Positions 9,586 to 17,895 of a stretch of 64,000 nucleotides of DNA are shown here, in pieces. The stretch is from contig JAQUDJ010000001.1 in NCBI GenBank assembly GCA_028685755.1, positions 20,472 to 84,471 of the forward strand, in the 5' to 3' direction. The translations under genes and the position numbers were made by a program. The notes below the pieces were generated by a model. It saw only the letters and a list, made by a program, of their open reading frames with translations, was not told the origin of the DNA and searched no databases. Within the stretch, counting starts at the first letter, position 1. Each line of letters starts with the position of its first letter. The DNA comes from Eubacteriales bacterium. Lineage in GTDB: Bacteria; Bacillota; Clostridia; Saccharofermentanales; UBA5734.

Positions 9586-11068
9586 GTGTATTTACTGCAT
9601 TGGTTGAATAGAGCATGACATCGTGTTCGGAAATTTCGGTATGGTCAAAGATTCGGACAATTTGGCCTTCAAAAAAGACCACACAACGGTCGGAGACTTT
9701 TTTGATCTCTGGGATTTCAAGGGTGTTGATGATGACCGTTTTGCCCTCGCTAGCAAATTTTAAGATTAGTTTATAGATTTCTTCTTTGGCGGCGACATCG
9801 ACGCCTTGGGTTGGATTGTCAAAGAGTAGCAAATGGGCGTCGGTGTTGAGCCAGCGGGCTAAAAAGACTTTTTGCTGATTTCCACCGGAAAGCGAAGTGA
9901 TGGCATCGTTGGGGTTTTGTGATTTTATGTTGAGCGCGTTCTTTTGATTGGTGTAGCGTTCAGCTTCTTGACGCTGGTTGATAATCATTTTGCGTCGGGA
10001 TAAGACATGTTCGGCAATGACCATATTGTCGAGAATATTGAGATCGTGGATGACCGAGTTTTCTTTGCGATTGGAAGGTAGCATCGCAACCCCGTGCCTC
10101 ATAAACGTATCAATTTTCCCTTTGATCAATTGGTTGTTGATTTTCAGAGAGCCGGTTTCAATCGGTTGGGCACCGAACATCGACTGCAAAAGCTCGCTCG
10201 CCCCGCAACCAGCCAAGCCCGTAAACGCGACGACTTCACCGCGATTGATTTTCAGACTAATATTGTTAAAGCCTGGCCCCGACAAATTGTCGAGTTCAAC
10301 GTAGGTCTCACCGAGCGTTCTCGAACGATAAACATCGCCTTCGGTGAATTGCTTGCCGACCATGTCAGATGCAATTTGGTTGGGTGTTGTATCTGTAATC
10401 AAGCCAGTGGAAACAAACTCGCCATTGCGCAAAACGGTATAGCGGTCTGCGAGCTCAAATATTTCCGGCATTTTGTGCGAAATAAAAATGAACGATTTGT
10501 CTTTTTCTTGCGATTTTTTGAGAATCGAAAATAAATGTGCGATTTCTTCATTGCTCAGCGCGGTTGTCGGTTCGTCCAAGATCAACAATTTCGCATCTGC
10601 ATGGAGAGCACGACAAATGACAAGTAGCTGCTTTTGGCTCGTTTTTAAGTCTGAGACGGACATCAATGGGTCGATATTAACACCAAGCTCTTGGAAGAGT
10701 TGGCGGGTGCTAGCTATCATTTTCTTGCGGTCCAACAGTTTAAATGGTGTTTGGATTTCGCGGTTCAAAAAGATGTTCTCAAAAACGGTCAAATCATTGA
10801 CGACGTTGATTTCCTGATGAACAAAAGCGATGCCAGCTGCTTCCATTTGTTTGATTGTGGGATTGTGAAAATGTGCACCATCAAACTGGATACTTCCAGA
10901 ATCCATCGATACCACGCCGGTCAGGATGTTCATCAAAGTCGATTTGCCAGCGCCATTTTCGCCGAGCAGTGCATGGATTTCGCCCTTTTCGACGGTCAGA
11001 TGGACATCGTTTAGGGCAAGTGAGCCACCAAAAGCTTTTGAAACGTGTTCCATTTCGAGGATCGTCAT
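9560..11068 (-). CDS. Sugar ABC transporter ATP-binding protein with duplicated ABC domains (RbsA/MglA type)
   Basis: Walker A GENGAGKST and Walker B LLILDEPT. The second domain has LSGGNQQK and LLLFDNPTQGVD. Confidence 0.95.
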   Translation of the reverse strand: MTILEMEHVSKAFGGSLALNDVHLTVEKGEIHALLGENGAGKSTLMNILTGVVSMDSGSIQFDGAHFHNPTIKQMEAAGIAFVHQEINVVNDLTVFENIFLNREIQTPFKLLDRKKMIASTRQLFQELGVNIDPLMSVSDLKTSQKQLLVICRALHADAKLLILDEPTTALSNEEIAHLFSILKKSQEKDKSFIFISHKMPEIFELADRYTVLRNGEFVSTGLITDTTPNQIASDMVGKQFTEGDVYRSRTLGETYVELDNLSGPGFNNISLKINRGEVVAFTGLAGCGASELLQSMFGAQPIETGSLKINNQLIKGKIDTFMRHGVAMLPSNRKENSVIHDLNILDNMVIAEHVLSRRKMIINQRQEAERYTNQKNALNIKSQNPNDAITSLSGGNQQKVFLARWLNTDAHLLLFDNPTQGVDVAAKEEIYKLILKFASEGKTVIINTLEIPEIKKVSDRCVVFFEGQIVRIFDHTEISEHDVMLYSTNAVNTRGGHDHVS

Positions 11069-11118
11069 GTCCTGCTCCTTGGATTCGAGTGGGATATGAA
11101 TCTGAATTAATTAGCGAG

Positions 11119-11153
11119 CGGGTGCGGACACATTGAAGTAGTATCCGCACCCG
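11119..11153 (-). promoter_or_regulatory. Intercistronic stem-loop after the binding-protein gene
   Basis: A perfect 10-bp stem, CGGGTGCGGA / TCCGCACCCG, with a 15-nt loop. There is no clear U-run, so it is more likely an mRNA-stabilising or attenuating hairpin than a full terminator. Confidence 0.45.
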
Positions 11154-11192
11154 GTCTTGTTTAGTGATTAGATTGAACAAGGTTTGTTAAAA

Positions 11193-12356
11193 TCAAGCGT
11201 GGCCTTTAAATCCTTCATACTTGGAAACATTGTCTTTGTCAACAATCCAGACGGGTTCGTATTTGCCATCGCCAACTTTATAGGACCAGTTTCCGTTTAG
11301 GTAGTCGAGCATATAATTGATGACATTCTCAAACATTTTCGGGGAGAAATAGACTGACATCATATCGTCAAAATACATCTGAGCGGTTGCCGATTGTGGC
11401 GAGGTGCCATCAATTACGGAATACAGTTCAGCCATGCCGCCGATTGCCGAGATGTAAACATCCATGTCAGCGAGATCTGCTTTGACATCGGCTGCAACCG
11501 TGTTGCCTTCGAGCAAATTGAGGAAACCGAAGGTCATTTCATCGTCCATCGAGTATACATACAGGGATCCCTGCGGTTTTGCATCAGCGACAATTTCACC
11601 GATTTTTTGTTCAAGATATCCGTAGGCACCATCGGCGCTCCAATTACAGACAGTTTTGTATTTGGCGGTCAACGCGTCAATTTCTGCCTGGGTCCAAACT
11701 TTGCTTGTTTTGTAAGTAACATTCTTGTCTTGGTCAAAGTATTCAATTTCGCCACGGAGGAACTGTTCAAAGCCTTCTTGACGACGGGAGCAAACGGTTC
11801 CGTTGTCACCAATTAGCGTGACCATGATATCGCCAGGAGCCATACCTTTTTGTTGGAGCCAATAGGCAATACCCGCACCACACTGCCAGTTGTCACCTGA
11901 AGCGTTGAGGATTGAGGACTTGTCTGGGCCTTCGATAATTCGGTCAAATGAAATGAACGGCACGTTCGCCGCGATCAGAGCTTCCTGACCGGCTTTTGCG
12001 GAATCTTCTAGTGCGAAGAATACGACACCAGCAGAATCGCCATTAGCAAGGATGGTTTGAACTTGGTCAACTTGTTCTTCACCGGTAGATGCTGGGAGGT
12101 AAACGGCTTTATACTTGCCTTCAGTGTTAATCGCTTGGACTTTAGCTTCGGCATAAGCACCAGCTTGAGCTGTCCAACCGTGATCCGGCGTCGGGCCCAT
12201 GACATAGATCGTGTTGCCCATGGCGGCAGCGGGTGCAGCTGTTGTTTCAGCAACGGCAGTTGCGGCCGGTGCAGCAGTAGTGGCTGCTGGTGCGCAGGCT
12301 GCCAAAAGTCCGACAACCATGAAAATACTAAGGATAATTGCAAGATACTTTTTCAT
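11193..12356 (-). CDS. Sugar ABC transporter substrate-binding lipoprotein (periplasmic binding protein type I)
   Basis: The ATG at 12356 gives MKKYLAIILSIFMVVGLLAAC (lipobox) followed by an Ala/Thr-rich tether. It sits in an operon with the matching ATPase and permease. Confidence 0.8.
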   Translation of the reverse strand: MKKYLAIILSIFMVVGLLAACAPAATTAAPAATAVAETTAAPAAAMGNTIYVMGPTPDHGWTAQAGAYAEAKVQAINTEGKYKAVYLPASTGEEQVDQVQTILANGDSAGVVFFALEDSAKAGQEALIAANVPFISFDRIIEGPDKSSILNASGDNWQCGAGIAYWLQQKGMAPGDIMVTLIGDNGTVCSRRQEGFEQFLRGEIEYFDQDKNVTYKTSKVWTQAEIDALTAKYKTVCNWSADGAYGYLEQKIGEIVADAKPQGSLYVYSMDDEMTFGFLNLLEGNTVAADVKADLADMDVYISAIGGMAELYSVIDGTSPQSATAQMYFDDMMSVYFSPKMFENVINYMLDYLNGNWSYKVGDGKYEPVWIVDKDNVSKYEGFKGHA

Positions 12357-12383
12357 GACATTCTCTCCTTTTCTTTCTATAAC

Positions 12384-12398
12384 AACCAATAATTGGTT
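12384..12398. promoter_or_regulatory. Perfect 7-1-7 palindrome AACCAATAATTGGTT upstream of the binding-protein gene
   Basis: Read directly; it lies 28 nt upstream of the ATG at 12356. With one mismatch it extends to TAACAACCAAT-A-ATTGGTTATTA. Confidence 0.3.
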
Positions 12399-12455
12399 AT
12401 TACCACAATTAAGATGATGAAATGGATTTTCATGCAAAATCTGTTTCTCGACTAG

Positions 12456-13493
12456 TTACACGTACACGATCTGATGTTTCTCGCCAGATTCTAAACAGGC
12501 AAATACCACCTCCATCGAACGAATTATTTCCTGTGCATCAATTAAACTCGGTTGATCGTGAATCAAGCTGTCTATGAATAGGTCAATGACACCGGAACTC
12601 ACTTGTTGTTTGTCTGTATTCGTCGAGATGCGATCGATTTCGTAATGTACTCGGGTCAAATCTTTGTGGGTTATTTCGAGTGAATATTCGGGATCACCAT
12701 AGAGTTTCATGATCCCCTTTTCGCAATAAATCGTTGTGGAATTATTTTCATCGCCATAATACGTCCAACTAGTCGTCACCGTGCCAATCGCACCATTCTG
12801 TAAACGGATGACATGGATCGAATTGTCATCAACATCAATAGGTTGGCCATTTTCAAATTTCTTATCGATAGTCGCTAGGGTCGACTGCACCGATACCACT
12901 TCGGAGCCTGTCAAATAGCGAATCAGATCAATTTTGTGGATGCCAAGATCTGCCATTGAACCGAAGGCCGCCGCTGACTTGGTAAAAAACCATGTGTTTT
13001 TCGAATGATCAACACTCCAGTTTTCTGGACCTTGATGCCCAAACGTTGATGCGAAGCTTAACACGTTGCCTAATTCGCCGGAAGCGAGAATATCATGTGC
13101 TTTGCGATGTGTCGCAGTGAGGCGCTGATTATGTCCGATTAATATTCTGCGGCCATTTTTTTCTGCAGCAGATACCATCGCAAGGCAATCCGCGTAAGTC
13201 GTAGCCATCGGCTTTTCACACAGTACATGTTTACCAGCATTTAATGCCTGAATGGTAAGTGCGGCATGAAAGGCATTGGCTGAACAAACACTGACGGCAT
13301 CAATAGTGGGGTCAGTGAATATGGCTTCGACATTGGGATAGACCTTGCCACCAAACGCCGCGACAAGGGACTCAGCCCGGCTCACTTGTTGGTCAAAACA
13401 ACCGACCAATTCGGCATTTGAATTGTTGAAATATTCTATAGCATGTCGTTTATGAGCGATTGCGCCACAGCCGATGATGGCTACTTTGATCAT
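12456..13493 (-). CDS. Gfo/Idh/MocA family oxidoreductase
   Basis: RBS GGAGGA precedes the ATG at 13493. N-terminus is MIKVAIIGCGAIA, with an EKP motif (VLCEKPM). Confidence 0.9.
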   Translation of the reverse strand: MIKVAIIGCGAIAHKRHAIEYFNNSNAELVGCFDQQVSRAESLVAAFGGKVYPNVEAIFTDPTIDAVSVCSANAFHAALTIQALNAGKHVLCEKPMATTYADCLAMVSAAEKNGRRILIGHNQRLTATHRKAHDILASGELGNVLSFASTFGHQGPENWSVDHSKNTWFFTKSAAAFGSMADLGIHKIDLIRYLTGSEVVSVQSTLATIDKKFENGQPIDVDDNSIHVIRLQNGAIGTVTTSWTYYGDENNSTTIYCEKGIMKLYGDPEYSLEITHKDLTRVHYEIDRISTNTDKQQVSSGVIDLFIDSLIHDQPSLIDAQEIIRSMEVVFACLESGEKHQIVYV

Positions 13494-13550
13494 GATAAGA
13501 ATCCTCCACTCAGATGCGATTGAATAAACATGCGACACATAATTTGAGGT

Positions 13551-14474
13551 CTAGCTGGTAGGTCCAACAAATCCGCGCATATAAAGAGTCGATTGTCGGA
13601 TCGCGCGAAGGCGATCTTGCAAAGTTGCTTCATACGCCTTGTCTTCAATTTCGATCGTTGCAGCGCCTTCATAATTTATATCGGTCAAAGCTGCAACAAA
13701 TCGACCCCAGTCAACATCGCCGAGTCCAGGTAGTTTCGGCGCTGAATAGGCCAAAGGCGTTGCCATTGTGCCAACTTGGTTTAATTGATAAGGATTTACT
13801 CGGATATCTTTAAAATGAATATGGAATAATTTGTCGGCGAAATCGTAGACTGGCTTGATGTAATCCATCTGTTGCCAGATAAAGTGTGACGGGTCAAAAT
13901 TGAGCCCAAAATTAGGGCTAGGAATCCGATCAAACAAATCCTGCCAAATTGCAGGTGTCGTCGCTAGATTTTTGCCGCCGGGCCATTCGTCTTGGGAAAA
14001 CAGCATCGGGCAATTCTCGATAGCGATTTTGACATCATGTTTTTCAGCCCATGCGATCAATTCAGGCCAAATTTTTTCAAATAGTATTAAATTCTCTTGA
14101 TAGGATTTCCATTGATCTCGGCCAATAAACGTGGTAACCATACCAATATTGAGTGACTGTGCGGCAACGATAAGTTTCTTCAGATGCTCAATCGCCCGTT
14201 CGCGGACTGCTAAATCGGGGTCGAGGGGATTGGGATAATATCCTAATGCGGAGATACTGACTCCGGAACGCTGTTGCTTTGTTAGAATCTTTAAAAGCAT
14301 CTCATTTGTGAGGTGGTCTACGTCGATATGCGACACGCCAGCATAGCGTCGTTCCGCCTTGCCTTCAGGCCAGCACATGACCTCGACTGTTTCGAGATTT
14401 TCTTGCTGACACAGATCAAAAATTTGATCTAAGGAATAGTCGGGCAAGATGGCACTGACAAGACCTAATTTCAT
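13551..14474 (-). CDS. Sugar phosphate isomerase/epimerase (xylose-isomerase-like TIM barrel)
   Basis: Length and motifs (IAIENCP, HIHFKD) are typical of the AP_endonuc_2 / xylose-isomerase-like family. It is the first gene of the minus-strand operon. Confidence 0.8.
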   Translation of the reverse strand: MKLGLVSAILPDYSLDQIFDLCQQENLETVEVMCWPEGKAERRYAGVSHIDVDHLTNEMLLKILTKQQRSGVSISALGYYPNPLDPDLAVRERAIEHLKKLIVAAQSLNIGMVTTFIGRDQWKSYQENLILFEKIWPELIAWAEKHDVKIAIENCPMLFSQDEWPGGKNLATTPAIWQDLFDRIPSPNFGLNFDPSHFIWQQMDYIKPVYDFADKLFHIHFKDIRVNPYQLNQVGTMATPLAYSAPKLPGLGDVDWGRFVAALTDINYEGAATIEIEDKAYEATLQDRLRAIRQSTLYMRGFVGPTS

Positions 14475-14588
14475 TTGTCGTCCTCTTCGCTACATGCTGA
14501 AAAGTCTTATAAACAAGATCCAGAGCAAACAAACCCTATAAGTCGAAATTACCATGATATTGCATATTCGTCAATATAATTTTCATTA

Positions 14589-14687
14589 TTTACAATAATT
14601 CAAGGATTTATTTACATTTTTTACATTTTGGGCATATAATTATTCATAAGTTGTAAAAATTGTAAATTTATTTCAAGGTGCTATAAT
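14589..14687. promoter_or_regulatory. Divergent promoter/operator region with a symmetric TTTACA / TGTAAA hexamer array
   Basis: TTTACA occurs at 14589, 14611 and 14620. TGTAAA occurs at 14652 and 14661. TATAAT lies at 14635-14640, between the arms. An extended -10, TGCTATAAT, lies at 14679-14687, with TTGTAA 16 nt upstream. Confidence 0.5.
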
Positions 14688-14717
14688 GACACATGTAATA
14701 TTTTTAAGGATGTAACT

Positions 14718-15710
14718 ATGCGCAGCTCCAAGCGAAAAATAACCATTCAGGATATCGCCGATTCAGCTGATGTTTCGATTGCTACGGTGTCAAGGGCGCT
14801 CAATAATAAGGACACAGTTAAAGCCAAAACGTATGACAAAATTATTCGCGTGATGCGCGAGCTCGGCTATGAAGATGCGCCGATAAGTCACCACAGCAAG
14901 CTGATTCTAATTCTTCTACCCGATATTGATAATCCATTTTATTCTGAACTCATTAAAGGTATTTCTGGGGCAGCAGACCGCCATGGCTTTCAAGAAATTA
15001 TCTTGAGAACCGGTGCCCATCCGTTGACTTACAATTTTATTGAAGAAGTTGTCATTGATACGCATGCGGATGGTCTAATCACGCTCGACGCCATTTCCGA
15101 CACGGAGGCGCTTGAAAAATTGTGTGCTAAAATTCCGCTCGTCCAATGCGCTGAATATAATGATCAAAGTAATGGCTCATTTGTATCGATTGACGATGTT
15201 GCCGCAGCTAAAATGGTGACCGAATATTTGGCATCTAAGGGCAAAAAGCGAATTGCTTTCATTGATGGACCGCGGCGTTATAAATATTCAAGATATCGCC
15301 TCGAAGGCTTTTTAAAAGGGCTTGAGCAGGTCGGGCTCGAGGCGAACCCAAATTTTATCGCGCAGTTGCCAGAGCTCAGCTATGACGCAGCATTATCGGT
15401 TGCGACCCAGATGCTGAGCATGACGGTGCGTCCGGACGCAATCTTCACGGCGTCCGATGTAATCGCCGGTGCGACATTAAAGGTCGCGAGACGTATGGGG
15501 CTGCGAATCCCTGAAGATCTCGGCATTATTGGTTTTGATAATACGAATGTCGCAATTATGTGTGAACCTGCCCTGACAACGGTCAAACAGCCCCAATACC
15601 AAATGGGCTTTATTGCATGTGAAATGCTGATTGAAAAGATCAAAAACCCGCTCACGCCACCACGTCAGGTTATGCTAGACGTTGAACTGATAATCCGGGA
15701 GTCTATGTGA
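14718..15710 (+). CDS. LacI family transcriptional regulator
   Basis: N-terminal HTH ITIQDIADSADVSIATVSRALNN and a C-terminal periplasmic-binding-protein-like fold. It is divergent from the sugar operon. Confidence 0.95.
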   Translation: MRSSKRKITIQDIADSADVSIATVSRALNNKDTVKAKTYDKIIRVMRELGYEDAPISHHSKLILILLPDIDNPFYSELIKGISGAADRHGFQEIILRTGAHPLTYNFIEEVVIDTHADGLITLDAISDTEALEKLCAKIPLVQCAEYNDQSNGSFVSIDDVAAAKMVTEYLASKGKKRIAFIDGPRRYKYSRYRLEGFLKGLEQVGLEANPNFIAQLPELSYDAALSVATQMLSMTVRPDAIFTASDVIAGATLKVARRMGLRIPEDLGIIGFDNTNVAIMCEPALTTVKQPQYQMGFIACEMLIEKIKNPLTPPRQVMLDVELIIRESM

Positions 15711-15796
15711 TTTCATAAAATCCACTATTTGCCACTTTTCTACATAACTTCAACACAATTCCTACTTATACTCTAGGATATAAGGAGGTGATTGTC

Positions 15797-15991
15797 ATGT
15801 TCATTGGACTAATCTTGATTGGAATCGCTATTTATTTTGTTTTTAGAAGTACCCAAAACACAAATTACACTGGATTTTCGCATCCGACAAATACTACGAG
15901 TCAGTCACTCAAAATTTTAAACGAACGTTATGCCCGTGGTAAAATTGATGAAAGCGACTATCACAAAATGAAATCGGTTTTATCTGAATAA
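15797..15991 (+). CDS. SHOCT-domain membrane protein
   Basis: RBS AAGGAGG lies 9 nt before the ATG at 15797. One N-terminal TM helix. The C-terminal LNERYARGKIDESDYHKMKSVL matches the SHOCT motif. Confidence 0.75.
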   Translation: MFIGLILIGIAIYFVFRSTQNTNYTGFSHPTNTTSQSLKILNERYARGKIDESDYHKMKSVLSE

Positions 15992-16009
15992 GGAAGAAGG
16001 AGAATTATT

Positions 16010-16114
16010 ATGATCGGAACTGCTCTAGCACAATGCATCCAAACCTGTGGCCATCATGGACAAGAATTAGCTGCTTGCATTCAAATGATGTTACATCATT
16101 CGATGACTTGCTAA
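16010..16114 (+). CDS. Unlisted 34-codon Cys/His-rich mini-protein
   Basis: RBS AAGGAG lies 7 nt before the ATG. Translation is MIGTALAQCIQTCGHHGQELAACIQMMLHHSMTC*. It starts 18 nt after the SHOCT gene. Confidence 0.45.
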   Translation: MIGTALAQCIQTCGHHGQELAACIQMMLHHSMTC

Positions 16115-16132
16115 ATAGTCCAAGCTACCCTT

Positions 16133-17338
16133 TTAGCGGCAGATACACGAATTAGACTTGATCTGATTTTTTCCTGCTCTTTTAGCTTCATAAAGAAGGC
16201 AATCGACGAGTCTGAAGAATGTCATGTAGGACTCGTCTTTTTGCGGAATGACCGACGCTAACCCGATGCTTATCGTGATATTTGAACAGGTGTTGCCTTG
16301 GAATTGAATGGCTAGATTTTCGATTGCCTCTCGAATTTTGTCGCACAGAATTTCACCACCTTTGATGTCAGTGTGTGGCAAAATCAATGCAAATTCTTCG
16401 CCGCCAAAGCGTGAAACACTGTCACCTGGTCGCTTGAGTTGATTAGAAATCGCAGTCGTGATGTTTTTTAGGCATTCATCACCTGCCAAGTGGCCAAATT
16501 GATCATTAAATATTTTGAAATTATCAATATCAAGCACCGCGATTGTCAAATGTTCTTTTTCTCGAGTTGCACGGCGCCATTCTTCTGCGACCAATTCGTC
16601 AAATTTTCGCCTGTTATAAATGCCAGTCAGTGGATCGATTGTCGACAATTGTTCTAATCGAGCGTTGAGCTGCTGTAACTCAATAGCTTTGACAAATGTT
16701 TTAACCCGCACCTGATAGTGGAAAAAGCCAAGGGCCAAGCAAATGAGCATAAAATAACTGGTATTAATCAAATGGGAATACTGTAATTGGACGGAAGTCT
16801 GATAAAAGGGCAGCAACGTGCGAAATATGGTATTTAATCCTAGGATGAGTGTAAATAAAACGATTGGATTGACGATGATAATGACCGACAAACTCAAGAT
16901 GCCAATTAAGTAAACGGTAATCTGTCCATGTGTAGTTTGAGCATTCAATGAGACAAGCATCGACCATAGACCGATATAACTTAGAAAAAACCCAATTACC
17001 AGATTTCCCCATTTTGTTTGTTGCTTAGGCTTGTGTTCAATGGTTGAAAGTAAAATATAAAGTACTGCGCCAACTAACACATTGGCAAGGTGGAATAGGA
17101 TGCCAAAAGGTGTCGGTTGGTTACCCAATTGTTCCTGAATTGAACTCAGGATCATTGCATATAGTGCGGACAATAGGAGTATAAAAATGGAAAATATTTT
17201 GATGCGATTAAGATTGGCTGATAAAGTATCTTTTTTAAAATCCTGCCGAAGTTCTAGCGGACAACGAATCGTTTGCAACGCCTTTTTCACACCCGACAAA
17301 CTTTGCCTAGTTGTCCACTCCAAAAAACGATGGCTCAT
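16133..17338 (-). CDS. Membrane-anchored diguanylate cyclase (GGDEF)
   Basis: About 6 N-terminal TM helices. Active site GGEEF, with an RxxD I-site (RPGD) five residues upstream. Confidence 0.9.
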   Translation of the reverse strand: MSHRFLEWTTRQSLSGVKKALQTIRCPLELRQDFKKDTLSANLNRIKIFSIFILLLSALYAMILSSIQEQLGNQPTPFGILFHLANVLVGAVLYILLSTIEHKPKQQTKWGNLVIGFFLSYIGLWSMLVSLNAQTTHGQITVYLIGILSLSVIIIVNPIVLFTLILGLNTIFRTLLPFYQTSVQLQYSHLINTSYFMLICLALGFFHYQVRVKTFVKAIELQQLNARLEQLSTIDPLTGIYNRRKFDELVAEEWRRATREKEHLTIAVLDIDNFKIFNDQFGHLAGDECLKNITTAISNQLKRPGDSVSRFGGEEFALILPHTDIKGGEILCDKIREAIENLAIQFQGNTCSNITISIGLASVIPQKDESYMTFFRLVDCLLYEAKRAGKNQIKSNSCICR

Positions 17339-17772
17339 GCCTTTGATGGAATTTTTTTAATCAGTTCCTGTTTGGCTGAGAAGAGTATTAGCTCGATTTC
17401 AGGCAGATCAGACCCCGTGCACGTTAGCACGGCTTCCTTCTGAAAACCGATGGATATGGTAAATGATTCGATGCTTCCCGCTTGTAATAAGCCAAGTTCA
17501 TCTTGGTATTGATAGTGCCAGCGAATTATCGCTCGATCGAGGAACTGATGATTTTCGATATTTATATCGAGGTCATCATCTGAAATTTGAAAAAACGGCT
17601 TGCCCTCAATGACGAGGTCTAATAATTGCATCGATTTTTCTGTCGGTACCCGGCTCAAAATCTGATTCATTTTTTGACGAATATCTAAGATACAATGTTT
17701 ATTGCATTTTAATTCATTACAGCTAACTGTTTCATGTCTGATAAAATTCACCGTCAGACAACCTGCTTTCAA
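17335..17772 (-). CDS. Hypothetical protein translationally coupled to the diguanylate cyclase
   Basis: Its stop overlaps the cyclase start as ATGA. No recognisable motif. The start is uncertain: TTG at 17772 or an internal ATG (MNQIL). Confidence 0.5.
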   Translation of the reverse strand: MKAGCLTVNFIRHETVSCNELKCNKHCILDIRQKMNQILSRVPTEKSMQLLDLVIEGKPFFQISDDDLDINIENHQFLDRAIIRWHYQYQDELGLLQAGSIESFTISIGFQKEAVLTCTGSDLPEIELILFSAKQELIKKIPSKA

Positions 17773-17895
17773 AAGTACTAAATATTAGGTCATTCGTATA
17801 ACACGCACAAGTACATTATGAACGTATGTTTAATGAATAACAATATTTATTACATATTTGAATGTTTATTTTATCATTTGTCTCGAAGAGGGATA

